64,000 bases of DNA from a virus. Its lineage: Duplodnaviria > Caudoviricetes. The first letter of the stretch is position 1; every line of letters begins with the position of its first letter. Both the position numbers and the translations under genes were made by a program. Positions 1 to 9,258 of this stretch are shown here, piece after piece. The stretch lies in the IMG/VR virus record IMGVR_UViG_2881966637_000002, positions 1 to 64,000 of that record; one strand, given 5' to 3'. Below the pieces are notes generated by a model that was given only the letters and a program-made list of their open reading frames with translations, was not told the DNA's origin and searched no databases.

Positions 1-450
1 TCAGGATATATATTTCACCTGCTTGCGGTTCTTGCCTTTTCCCCGGTAGCCGATGTGTACCCATTCGGGTTTGTCTTTAGTGCCATACTCCCACAGCAAC
101 TGGTCGAAATCCACCTGGCTTTTGACGTGCGCAAAGAGCGTTTTGTTGGTCAGTTCGCGACCGGCCCCGTCCATGTCAATGTCGATAGCGTTGCCATTTG
201 GGTGATCAGACGTGCTCGACCCACCCACCGCACTGTTCAGGGCCGGAGTCCGAAAAAAGCTGCTGACGGGCAGTTTGTAGCCAAAGTGGTCGCAGAGCGG
301 GGCGTACACGTTGTCGTATAACCGCTTCATGTTGTTATACTGCGCCTGGGTTGGTGTATTGTCTATGCCCAGCCGGATGGCAGTGGTGGACTTAATGGCT
401 TCGGCATACGTCAGCCACTTGCCAAAGTCGGGGTAGGTTTTTTTTGCCAT
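1..450 (-). CDS. Endolysin, peptidase M15 family (Zn D-Ala-D-Ala peptidase-like)
   Basis: Motifs SFFRTPALNSAVGGSSTSDHPNGNAIDID and FDQLLWEYG...WVHIGY are typical of M15_3 phage endolysins. TGA stop at 1-3, so the gene is complete. Confidence 0.9.
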   Translation of the reverse strand: MAKKTYPDFGKWLTYAEAIKSTTAIRLGIDNTPTQAQYNNMKRLYDNVYAPLCDHFGYKLPVSSFFRTPALNSAVGGSSTSDHPNGNAIDIDMDGAGRELTNKTLFAHVKSQVDFDQLLWEYGTKDKPEWVHIGYRGKGKNRKQVKYIS

Positions 451-456
451 AGCTGT

Positions 457-3400
457 TTAGCGGCCAATGGTGATGTAGGAGAAGCGGTAAGTCGTGCTCC
501 CGCTGGGTGCGGTGGTTGTTGCGACAGAAAAGCCGGTCGTGGATTCACTTGTCGTGAATGCGGGCAGCGAGGTGCCCTGCGCTCCAGACACAACGACGAT
601 GGGCGCATTGGTCACATAGGCCGTGGGAAATGTAAGCGTGGCCAACGTGCCCGCTCCCGGCGCAGAACCTGTGACGACAGTAATTATCCCAGCCGTAGCC
701 GTTCCTACGATTGATACGGTTGGCCCCGTACCGGCCCCGGCCCCAGCGGCTACCGTGGGCGCAGCTCCTGCGCCATAGACCGCACTGGTAGACAGCGAGC
801 CGGCGAGTTGTGCAATATCCCGCCCATTGTCCGTTTGCGTGCCAATCAAAACTCGGTTGGTGGGCGTTGTTGTCATAGTAATCACGCCCATATTGTACAG
901 GCGCGTGAACCCATGCGTCCAGCCTGAGAGATTCTTGGATGCCTGACCGATTGACAGCACCCCTGTTCCACCGCCCAGCGTGCCCGTGATATATCTCAGG
1001 CCGACCGTCGCATCGTTTGAACGGGCCGTGCCCAGTTTCAACTCAAAGCGGGTTTGAGCGGCATCTGTCGTATATAGGAATGTTTCGTTAGGATCAGACG
1101 ACTGAAACCAGTGTCCCGACGCCTGGCCCGCTGTAATGAATCGCACACCGATACCATCGGTGTGCGAGAACGATACCGTACCTGACAGCGTAGGGCTTAC
1201 CGCCTGCGCCATTTCCCGCCAGCCCGTGTTTCCTGTAACACCGGACCCTTTGTAGAAAAACCGACCCGTTCCGGCGGTGATGTCTCGGTAAATAGCTCCT
1301 ACGGGAGCGGCTATAACGCCTATAGGGCTTCCTGTTCCGGCGTAATCGTAACCAGCGAGGCTCAAGTCGGCCCATACGCCCGGTGTTCCCGCTGTGATAC
1401 AGACCCACCCACTGACCGCTCCGGGCGCGGGATTACTGTTCAGCACCCGGTCGCCCAGCCGCCACGTGCCGGTCGTCGGGGCCGATGTTCCATCATGGCT
1501 CCGCAGGGTCTGGCGCAACACGACGGATGGGCTGAGCTGGTAGGGCGTCTGCACAGCGGCATCAATTTCGTTGCCGTCTATAAACGTCTTACCGTCTATC
1601 TCATCGGTGTATATCCCGTACCGATAGTTCCCTCTAATGTGATTGCTGCGAAGCGACAGGTTTGTACACAGTGACTGGCCCACGAACGACAAGTACTGAC
1701 CAACCGCGCTGAACGCCCCAGAGCCCCTTGTGCCGGTGAACTGAAACGTATTCCTGTTAATATTCACATCGTCCAACGGCCCGCGACTGATATACCCTGT
1801 GGTGCTGACGACCGCCCCTCCTGATTGGTAGTGCGTGGCTGACGTGTAGTCGGCTGAGCGCAGGAAGTGGTTACCTTCGATATAGACTTGGTTGCCTTCC
1901 ACCACAATGGCCTGGATTGGGGTCATCACCGAGTCGCTGATAAACTGATTGTTGGTAATGAAAATCTTTCTGCTGAGGGCTGCCGACTTGACGCCAGGCG
2001 TCACATGCGCCCCGCGAAGCATGATGACCGATTCTGTGAATTCCAGGTTGACAAATTTGTTATTGGATATTGTCCAGTTCTCAATAACGTCGTTGTAAGT
2101 GGACTGGATAGCGGATGGGGGGTCGGCAGCATTCCAGCTACTCAGGCCCGTTCCGGTAACTTGGTTGCCCTGAATCAGCACGTCGCGGTTCACGAACGCA
2201 ACCCCGCCGTCAGCACCCGTCAGGGCAATGAATTTGGGATTGTTGGTAGAGATATTATTCAGGAACGATACCCCCCTGATTTTGGATGTCTCAAACGCGT
2301 AGGCACTTTGGTTGGTGATGACATTTTTGCTAACAACGATTCCTTGCGAGGTCGATATACCGATACCGCGTGTGCCTGTGTTAATCGTGTTTCCCGATAC
2401 GACACCCCGAGTGACACCGTGGTACTCGATGGGTATCGGTCCGGCCGCCCCGGCGCCTGCCCGACAATTAACGATTGTATTGTTAGTGACCTGACAGTCG
2501 AAATACACGTCGAACCGCAGGTCGTTAATATTCAAGTTGTCTTCCAATCCGATGATATTCCCCCCACAATCATCGAATTTATTATGGTCAACTAAAACAT
2601 CGCTGCGGCCTTTTGAGGTGCCGCGTACGCTGATCGCGTTCGTACCGGACAGGAACTTGCAAAACGTAATCTGTAACCCACTGAACGGTGCCGATGTCCA
2701 GTGATACACAAACGGGTTGATGCCGTTTTTAAAGTTTACGTGATCGATCACCAGACTATTCACACTAGTCGAATACGACTTAATGGCCGAGACGGGCGTG
2801 GTATTGAGTGATAGATCGAGCGTCAGGTTCTCGATCGTAATGGAATCCTGACTAGCGTTTAGCCAGCCCGTTACCTGGTCTGGCTGTTCGAGGTTGGGGC
2901 TTGACTGACCCACAACGCCAGGATGGAGTACGAGCGTCGTTTTGCCCGCTACCCCCCCGATGCGACACCCGCGCGGAATCGTAATCTGTCGGAAACAGAA
3001 ACGACCTTCGGGCACATTGAGCGACTTGACCGACGTTAGCGCGGAGACCAGCAGCGCGGTATTGTCGGCTCCGTCGCCCGCTACGGGTGCCCACCACTCA
3101 AAGCGGGCCGGGCCGCGAAACTGCCGCACCCAGACGCCCCCGCCTGATGCCGGAAAGACGCACCCGCCATCCGGGGTGCCGGATGGCATATAACAGAAAT
3201 TACCGCCCCGCACCCCGTCGCGTACGTGGACCGCCAGGCCCGAGCTACCCGTTGTAGCTGTTAAACTAGGGATGTCCGCGACATGGACCACACGCTGTAT
3301 TAATGCAGCCGGTACTGAGGACAAGACTTCGAGTTGGGACTGAACCAGGTTAAGGTCGTTGCGTAATGCAGGGTCGTTGGTTGCCGTACCGCTTACGGGT

Positions 3401-3477
3401 GGCCGAATAACTAGCTGCGCTAAGGTACTCGTACTAAGTAATGTTGCGTAGACCAAAAAAAGCCAAAGTCGAAGCAT
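457..3477 (-). CDS. Tailspike-like right-handed beta-helix (pectate-lyase-like) protein with N-terminal Sec signal peptide
   Basis: GADNTALL...NVPEGRF beta-helix start and many xxNNxI/xxGNxF repeats. Tailspike motifs APTTGTWRLGDRVLN...GWVC..AGTPG.W and GTGSPIGVIAAPVGAIY...K..G.TGNTGW. N-terminus MLRLWLFLVYATLLSTSTLA|Q. Confidence 0.8.
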   Translation of the reverse strand: MLRLWLFLVYATLLSTSTLAQLVIRPPVSGTATNDPALRNDLNLVQSQLEVLSSVPAALIQRVVHVADIPSLTATTGSSGLAVHVRDGVRGGNFCYMPSGTPDGGCVFPASGGGVWVRQFRGPARFEWWAPVAGDGADNTALLVSALTSVKSLNVPEGRFCFRQITIPRGCRIGGVAGKTTLVLHPGVVGQSSPNLEQPDQVTGWLNASQDSITIENLTLDLSLNTTPVSAIKSYSTSVNSLVIDHVNFKNGINPFVYHWTSAPFSGLQITFCKFLSGTNAISVRGTSKGRSDVLVDHNKFDDCGGNIIGLEDNLNINDLRFDVYFDCQVTNNTIVNCRAGAGAAGPIPIEYHGVTRGVVSGNTINTGTRGIGISTSQGIVVSKNVITNQSAYAFETSKIRGVSFLNNISTNNPKFIALTGADGGVAFVNRDVLIQGNQVTGTGLSSWNAADPPSAIQSTYNDVIENWTISNNKFVNLEFTESVIMLRGAHVTPGVKSAALSRKIFITNNQFISDSVMTPIQAIVVEGNQVYIEGNHFLRSADYTSATHYQSGGAVVSTTGYISRGPLDDVNINRNTFQFTGTRGSGAFSAVGQYLSFVGQSLCTNLSLRSNHIRGNYRYGIYTDEIDGKTFIDGNEIDAAVQTPYQLSPSVVLRQTLRSHDGTSAPTTGTWRLGDRVLNSNPAPGAVSGWVCITAGTPGVWADLSLAGYDYAGTGSPIGVIAAPVGAIYRDITAGTGRFFYKGSGVTGNTGWREMAQAVSPTLSGTVSFSHTDGIGVRFITAGQASGHWFQSSDPNETFLYTTDAAQTRFELKLGTARSNDATVGLRYITGTLGGGTGVLSIGQASKNLSGWTHGFTRLYNMGVITMTTTPTNRVLIGTQTDNGRDIAQLAGSLSTSAVYGAGAAPTVAAGAGAGTGPTVSIVGTATAGIITVVTGSAPGAGTLATLTFPTAYVTNAPIVVVSGAQGTSLPAFTTSESTTGFSVATTTAPSGSTTYRFSYITIGR

Positions 3478-3478
3478 G

Positions 3479-4051
3479 TTATTGACGTTTAAAGATTAGA
3501 ACTCGTACGGTCGTTCCGGTTGCGTTCACCACTAGACTGGACAGCGGGGTTAGTTTGTTGCTGGACAAATCAAGCTCGGTACTAAATAGCCGCTGTTCGC
3601 CGGGATTCAGCGTGTACACAAACCCACCATAGGTCAGTGTCGCCGTTTGCCCACCCAAGTTTTCCGTTATGTACTTGAAAGCCCCGGTCGCCGGCACGGT
3701 ATTACCGCTGGTGGTGTAATCCACCGTCGCGTTGAGTACCGAGCCAACCGTGGTAAAGTTGCCTATCGTGGTTCGCCAGCTATTGAGCGCGTCGGCATAG
3801 GTCAGGCCGTAGGGCTGGCCGTCGCGGTTCAAAAACGTGTCGTAGGTCGCGTAGCGCACCGGCTCACCCGACACCGTGAGTGTTGCGGTACCGGGGTAGA
3901 GTACGACGCTTACATCCCTGGCGTCGCGGAACCGGACAAACGTACCCTGGGCGTCGCCAATCGCGTATTGAGAACCAACCGGATAGATCCGGAACTGGGC
4001 CAAGGCTCCCTGTGTACCCAGCAGGAGCAGAATGAGAATCTTGATTTGCAT
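3479..4051 (-). CDS. Secreted beta-rich hypothetical protein
   Basis: Signal peptide MQIKILILLLLGTQGALA|Q. Start overlaps the upstream stop. Confidence 0.7.
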   Translation of the reverse strand: MQIKILILLLLGTQGALAQFRIYPVGSQYAIGDAQGTFVRFRDARDVSVVLYPGTATLTVSGEPVRYATYDTFLNRDGQPYGLTYADALNSWRTTIGNFTTVGSVLNATVDYTTSGNTVPATGAFKYITENLGGQTATLTYGGFVYTLNPGEQRLFSTELDLSSNKLTPLSSLVVNATGTTVRVLIFKRQ

Positions 4052-4941
4052 CAGTACGTTTGTTTAGCCATCATTAACGAATCAAAATGGTACGTTGAGT
4101 CCAGGTACGATGTGGGCCGAACGGGCGGCAGGCTGCTGGGTAGCTTAAACTCCTTCCGCGCCGGGGGCTGTATCTTGGGAATAGGGGTTTGCAGCCGCTC
4201 ACGGACGCTTTTTTCTATCGCGTTCAACGCCCGCATCGTGGCCTTCGTCCGGCTCAGCTCCTGGCTGTTGCGGGCTTTGTTCGCCTGCTCCAGTTGCCGC
4301 AGCACGAGCTGCATTTCCTGTTTCTGCACCAGTAGCTGCTCCAGAAACAAACTGTCCTGGTGGCGTTTCAACGCCAGAGCAGCCAGTTTCGCCGTGCTGT
4401 CCTGCACCACGGCCTGCCGGGTCGCGGCTATCGAAATGGTTTGTTTCGTTTCAATCTTGTTGACGTTGCTGTACAGTACGCCGGTCGCAAAAATCAGGGC
4501 GATTACACCCAGCACCCACTTCTGCCACCGCTCCATTTGCGCCGTGAATAGCGCAACTTCCCGCCAGGGAATGACCTGGTTCTCGACCGATAACACTTGC
4601 TCAATCGTGGTGTCGTACTGAGTCCGTAGCTGATATAAGTACCGCAGGTACAGACTGGCCCGGCTCCAGACCGTCCAGGCCCAAGCCGTGTACAGAATCG
4701 GCCGGTTCACGTCGGCCCAGCTCGGATGCCGGGTCGTGGCCGTGATCACGTCGATGTATATCTGCATGACGACGCCCAGCAGCAGCAGCACGAACGCTCC
4801 CCTGTACACACGCCCTTTGTGCATGGAGAAGAAAAAGTTGATCACCAGGCCGGGGGCAGCAACCGCCAGGGCCAGGGTTTCCCACCAGTCGAAAATGACC
4901 TGCGCCAGTTCGGGGAAAGCGTTATACGTTGTTGGTTCCAT
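4051..4941 (-). CDS. Multi-TM membrane protein with C-terminal coiled coil (lysis-cassette associated)
   Basis: About 4 hydrophobic segments followed by a Q/L-rich coiled coil. Probable ATG at 4941 (MEPTT); the ORF track extends to 4998. Confidence 0.6.
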   Translation of the reverse strand: MEPTTYNAFPELAQVIFDWWETLALAVAAPGLVINFFFSMHKGRVYRGAFVLLLLGVVMQIYIDVITATTRHPSWADVNRPILYTAWAWTVWSRASLYLRYLYQLRTQYDTTIEQVLSVENQVIPWREVALFTAQMERWQKWVLGVIALIFATGVLYSNVNKIETKQTISIAATRQAVVQDSTAKLAALALKRHQDSLFLEQLLVQKQEMQLVLRQLEQANKARNSQELSRTKATMRALNAIEKSVRERLQTPIPKIQPPARKEFKLPSSLPPVRPTSYLDSTYHFDSLMMAKQTY

Positions 4942-5317
4942 CGTTACCGGGTTTACTAATATTGCGCCACTTGCTATACGCCTGGGCCAATGTGTCAAAC
5001 AGGTTCAGTGCCTGATCCGGGTTTCCCTTTATCCTGGTCAGAATAGCCGCGACCACGCTCATAATAGCCCAGCCTGCGAAGCTGACAATGGCATAGACCG
5101 ATTCAACCGGCCAGTCTGGCATCCACTTGCGCTGCACGGTGGCAGCGGCATAGTGGCTAACAAAAAAGCTGACGGCGATCTGCGAGAAACCACCCCGCCA
5201 GCCGGTTGGCGGGAAAAAAATCAGGGCGATAGACCCCCCGATGAGTTTGGCGAAAAACTGCCCGACTTCGGGTGGCATCCCGGCAAACAAGCCGAAAAAG
5301 TATTGCCAGAAACTCAT
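4922..5317 (-). CDS. Putative holin
   Basis: 131 aa, 2-3 TM segments, polar C-terminus, between the spanin-like pair and the endolysin. Confidence 0.6.
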   Translation of the reverse strand: MSFWQYFFGLFAGMPPEVGQFFAKLIGGSIALIFFPPTGWRGGFSQIAVSFFVSHYAAATVQRKWMPDWPVESVYAIVSFAGWAIMSVVAAILTRIKGNPDQALNLFDTLAQAYSKWRNISKPGNDGTNNV

Positions 5318-5342
5318 AGGGTTGGTTGATGGGGTATTGCGC

Positions 5343-5666
5343 TCAATGCGCCGAATAGCTTTCGACTCGTTTCAAGACCTTTTCCACTTTCCGTCGCTTG
5401 CACCAGCCCTTCATCGCGCTCCTGACGTCGGTGACGAACGAGTCGAAATAAGCCTGGCGCGTGACCAGCGAGTCGTAGCGGGGTCTGATCCGGCTCAACT
5501 CAGCGAGTTGCCGGTAGATTTCTTCCTCGCGCTGCCGGGGCGTTAGCGTTGTGGCGGTAGGCGCGGTTGACTGAGAGTAAACTGTCAATGGCATTGTGCA
5601 GCACAGCACTATCCAGACGAGTAGCGGCCAGCGAGTCGGCCAGTGAGTTTTTTTTCTCGGTTTCAT
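5343..5666 (-). CDS. o-spanin-like (Rz1-position) exported protein
   Basis: Starts inside the upstream gene in the +1 frame (ATG 5666). Basic N-region plus hydrophobic core. Weak lipobox VLCC or SPI site VYS|Q. Confidence 0.5.
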   Translation of the reverse strand: MKPRKKTHWPTRWPLLVWIVLCCTMPLTVYSQSTAPTATTLTPRQREEEIYRQLAELSRIRPRYDSLVTRQAYFDSFVTDVRSAMKGWCKRRKVEKVLKRVESYSAH

Positions 5667-5925
5667 GGTTGGCTTCAACTTTAGTAGTGGCGGTTCGGAT
5701 CGTCTCGAACTGGGTCTGTGACAGAGCCAGTAGCGAGTCGTGCCGGGGTTGCAGGTAGTCCAGTTGATTCTGCTTGCGGCCGCTGACGTAGAGCGACAGA
5801 ATCAGCCCCACCAGCAGCAGCAGCACCAGAATAAACGGGTTGCGGTATACATACAGAAAGCCGTCTCGCAGGACTGCGCCCGCTTTGGTGACAATAGGTT
5901 TTAGAAAGGCGATAAACATACGCAA
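5500..5925 (-). CDS. i-spanin-like (Rz-position) protein
   Basis: Single N-terminal TM (FILVLLLLVGLILSLYV) plus helical periplasmic region. Overlaps the downstream gene in Rz/Rz1 fashion. Confidence 0.55.
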   Translation of the reverse strand: MRMFIAFLKPIVTKAGAVLRDGFLYVYRNPFILVLLLLVGLILSLYVSGRKQNQLDYLQPRHDSLLALSQTQFETIRTATTKVEANHETEKKNSLADSLAATRLDSAVLHNAIDSLLSVNRAYRHNANAPAARGRNLPATR

Positions 5926-5944
5926 TATGGTTTAAATATTGTTA

Positions 5945-6427
5945 TTAACTTATTTCGAGCACGGCTTCTTTGGTCTGGATGGACGTGCTGGTGGACAGCG
6001 ACACGAACTGAGCCGTTACCCGCAGCGTCTGGGCCGTTGTGGTATCCACCGTCCAGTCCGCGTCGGCCGTAATGCAACTGGTGTTGTACTGACCAACGAC
6101 GCTGACGTACTGAGCACTCATGCTGTTCACGTTGCTGATCCGCACATCGAGTACCAGCGGTTTGCTACCACTGGCCAGCAGGGCTACGGCCGTGAACACG
6201 GTTAAGCTACTGCTACCCAGATACACCTTTATCGTGACGGCCGGGGGCAACAGACCCGTGGTTAGCCGACCCACGTAATGCAGGGCCAGCGTTTTCTCCA
6301 GGCCCAACTTGCCGGCCGGGATGGAAGCCGAGAAAAGATCGGTTTCAGCCGTTGAGTTGCTGATGGCCGAGACAACATCCACACTGGACATGGACATGCC
6401 TCGGCTGGTTTCTCTGCGATTTGGCAT
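5945..6427 (-). CDS. Beta-rich tail-fibre-associated hypothetical protein
   Basis: S/T/V-rich 160 aa, coupled to the upstream tailspike gene. Confidence 0.5.
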   Translation of the reverse strand: MPNRRETSRGMSMSSVDVVSAISNSTAETDLFSASIPAGKLGLEKTLALHYVGRLTTGLLPPAVTIKVYLGSSSLTVFTAVALLASGSKPLVLDVRISNVNSMSAQYVSVVGQYNTSCITADADWTVDTTTAQTLRVTAQFVSLSTSTSIQTKEAVLEIS

Positions 6428-8577
6428 TAGATAATCGTTAAGGTACCTCTGTTGGCGACAATAGAAAACTCGTTAGCGGCAATCTTCTCCACTACCACGG
6501 TGTCGTACCGGGACTGTGACTGAACGTAGCCACCGGTCCCCGTCGTGGTGTCGGACGCGCCGTGAATGACCTGACCTGCGTTCTGCGCCAGCCGCCAGCC
6601 GCCCGTTCCCATGCCCCGGATAGATACCTGTTCCCCAACCTGAATAGCAGAGTCAGCGGGTAGTGTTATGGTAATTAGCGACGAGCTGTTGGCTACGTAT
6701 TTTGTGTTGGGGCTTCCCGTGGCTGAGCTTGTTAAAACAACAACAGGCGTCACGACAGCGACCTTATTTCCTTTGGTTTTCAGACTATCCTGCCCGGCCT
6801 CCAAGATTGGCAACGTGGTAGAGGAGTCGTAGATTAAGGTACCTGTGGGTGTAGTAGAGGTAAACGTTAGGGCTGAGACAGGTGTTGCCTGTGTGGTTTT
6901 TACGTAAAAAACCCCAACCTCCATAAAGCTGTCAACAACAATATAAAGTGTTGTGGATGCGTCAGCGTTTCTGTAAGCGACCACCTTTCCGGGAGACGAA
7001 TTGTCGCCCTGACAAACCGCGCTGGCTATAAACGCATCGCGTTGACCTACGTTAAGGGTCAACACCTTTTTGGCGTTACTCGAATAGCCCCCCAGTGACA
7101 CGATCAACAAACTGCCATCATAGCTGGCCCCAGACGACCCTGGTAGCGAGAGGATCGGGGCGTACTGCACACCAGAAGCAGCCGTTACGGCGGACAGCTT
7201 TAGGTCAGACGTACCTAACGCGCCAATATTGGTTCTGGCCTGCGCCTTCTGTCCGCTTGATAAGGACTGACTGGCTCCGTAGGAAACCAGATTTGTGCCG
7301 TCACCGTTGGGCAAAATGTCGGGCAACGCTTGTCGTTTCTGCACATTGCCAAACACCTTATGGTTTGTAACCGAAGCGGTTAAGTTATGTGCTCGGGTAT
7401 AAGGCAAATTGAGACTGGGGAATGAATCAATAATGTTGTCGGTGGACAAGAAGCCGTTTACGTTGTTGGCGTAGATAGCATCCCCTTTTGTTTTAAGTAT
7501 GTTGTCGGTTATAAAAACGTTTTCAAGCGTACCGCCATCGCCGTTAAGGGCAATGTTTACGTTGGTTGGATTAGTCGAATAATCAACGATCTGGTTTTGC
7601 GAAATCAGCACGTCATAAAACTGACTACCGGCCCCCATTTGTAAAATGATTCCGTAAGACGTGTAAGACTCAATACTGTTTTGCTGAATAAACAAATCAA
7701 CGGTTTGCGCCCCAGGAGCTAAACTCATATTGAAGGCAACGCCATTTTCCACGCCGTCAAGGGGCAGGAATTTATTCTTGTACACCATTAATCCACCCGA
7801 TGACTTATAAAAAATAGACGCCAGGCTGTTGCCACGGAACTTGTTCTTTTCTATAATGCTATCCCCGCCGTCCGGGTGTGGCTGATTTTCCACCCACACA
7901 CCGTACTGCCCAGCCAGAAACCGATTGTTTTTGATGGTTTGAAACGCGGCATTGTGCAGGTGAATGCTTTGCTGGCAGTTCAGAAAAAAGCAGTTGTCGA
8001 TAATTGAGTAGCTGTTGCCGCCCGTCACGTACAAGCCTCCTGTGTTGAGCCCGTACGTGGGTGGCGACACCATAAAGACATCGCGCAGACAGGTCTGATT
8101 CAGGGTGTCGATCACAAAACAGTACGCGTCGTCCTCGGCTAGTGCAAAGATGCTTCGATTGCTGTCACCAAAAATAGTCAGACTGTTATTGATCAGTACA
8201 TTGGCAACCCGTATGTCTGGTCCACTTGGCACGTATAGGCTTCGGCCCGTGGCGATACAGTAATTGACCGCTTTCTGAACCTGGCTTGTCGCGTTTTGGC
8301 CTGACGGCACTTTCACATAATCGCGCAGATTTACGGCACGATCTACACGGGCTCGCCAGGCCCCGCCCCCTTTGCCTGGCGCAGCTACGGTCAATACGCC
8401 ATCTGCTCCACTACCCGTTGGGTCGTAGTCAAATGAACGCCCCGCAGCTATAGTAGCCCGGTTTTTTAAGCCCTGATAAGCCTCCAGTGCTGTTTCATCC
8501 AGAATAAAATCCTGCTTCCCTTTAGCTACTTTAGCCAGCTCCCGAAAACCAGCGGACACTCGTGTTTCAAGGCTCAT
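6427..8577 (-). CDS. Tailspike / receptor-binding protein with beta-helix depolymerase-like domain
   Basis: VNLRDY...NATSQVQKAVN...SLYVPSG beta-helix start, NN/GN ladder repeats, QKAQARTNIGA motif and C-terminal ITLPA...GGWRLAQNAGQ fibre domain. More AT-rich than neighbours. Confidence 0.8.
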   Translation of the reverse strand: MSLETRVSAGFRELAKVAKGKQDFILDETALEAYQGLKNRATIAAGRSFDYDPTGSGADGVLTVAAPGKGGGAWRARVDRAVNLRDYVKVPSGQNATSQVQKAVNYCIATGRSLYVPSGPDIRVANVLINNSLTIFGDSNRSIFALAEDDAYCFVIDTLNQTCLRDVFMVSPPTYGLNTGGLYVTGGNSYSIIDNCFFLNCQQSIHLHNAAFQTIKNNRFLAGQYGVWVENQPHPDGGDSIIEKNKFRGNSLASIFYKSSGGLMVYKNKFLPLDGVENGVAFNMSLAPGAQTVDLFIQQNSIESYTSYGIILQMGAGSQFYDVLISQNQIVDYSTNPTNVNIALNGDGGTLENVFITDNILKTKGDAIYANNVNGFLSTDNIIDSFPSLNLPYTRAHNLTASVTNHKVFGNVQKRQALPDILPNGDGTNLVSYGASQSLSSGQKAQARTNIGALGTSDLKLSAVTAASGVQYAPILSLPGSSGASYDGSLLIVSLGGYSSNAKKVLTLNVGQRDAFIASAVCQGDNSSPGKVVAYRNADASTTLYIVVDSFMEVGVFYVKTTQATPVSALTFTSTTPTGTLIYDSSTTLPILEAGQDSLKTKGNKVAVVTPVVVLTSSATGSPNTKYVANSSSLITITLPADSAIQVGEQVSIRGMGTGGWRLAQNAGQVIHGASDTTTGTGGYVQSQSRYDTVVVEKIAANEFSIVANRGTLTII

Positions 8578-9239
8578 TACGCTGCGAGTTCAGTGTTGAT
8601 AATAGCGACAAAATCTGTATCGGGGTTGCCGATTTCCGTACTCCCGTACTTGGCGTTCCAAGTTGCTTTTTCTAAAGCGGTTGTGTACAGGTTGACAACA
8701 CCCTGCGGTACGGCATCCGACGAACCGGGGCTGGGTGAAATCTCGGTGTACGAACTGCCGCCCCACCGCCACGCTTTGTTGGTGTCCAGCGCGACGTAAA
8801 TCTTACTGTTGGAGCCGGTAGCCGGAAATTCAGCCAGGCTGTTACGCTCTATCACTTCGTCCACGAACGACGGAAGCTGGGCGGACGGCACCTTGCCGGT
8901 GCTGTCCAGCGACGCGACGCCGTTAATCGCGCCTTTCTGCGCCTGAATCTGGTTGGCAACCGCATCGGCAAAGTCGATGATGGTACTGGCGGACTGCGTA
9001 CCGGTGTGGGTGGACCGGTTGCGGTACTGCTCAATTTTACTGCTGGAATACGTCGAGCTGCTGGACGACGCGTTGTCGTTGATGCCCACGGCATTGGCTA
9101 TCGACTGCTTGACCTCGTTGATCGCAGCGACCAGATTGGTTTTGTTGGTCGTGGCCAGGTCGCTCAACTTACCGGTCCTTGCGATAATCTCTTGGGCAAT
9201 GCGTCGAAACGCGGCACTTAGTCGTTGTTCTAAAGTCAT
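8577..9239 (-). CDS. Tail fibre adaptor protein
   Basis: Common fibre motifs LATTNKTNLVAAINEV, HTGTQSASTI and GVASLDSTGKVPSAQLPSFVDEV...FPATG..KIYVA.DTNK.WRWGGS.Y. Confidence 0.75.
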   Translation of the reverse strand: MTLEQRLSAAFRRIAQEIIARTGKLSDLATTNKTNLVAAINEVKQSIANAVGINDNASSSSSTYSSSKIEQYRNRSTHTGTQSASTIIDFADAVANQIQAQKGAINGVASLDSTGKVPSAQLPSFVDEVIERNSLAEFPATGSNSKIYVALDTNKAWRWGGSSYTEISPSPGSSDAVPQGVVNLYTTALEKATWNAKYGSTEIGNPDTDFVAIINTELAA

Positions 9240-9258
9240 GGCGGTTGTTGTGTAATAC

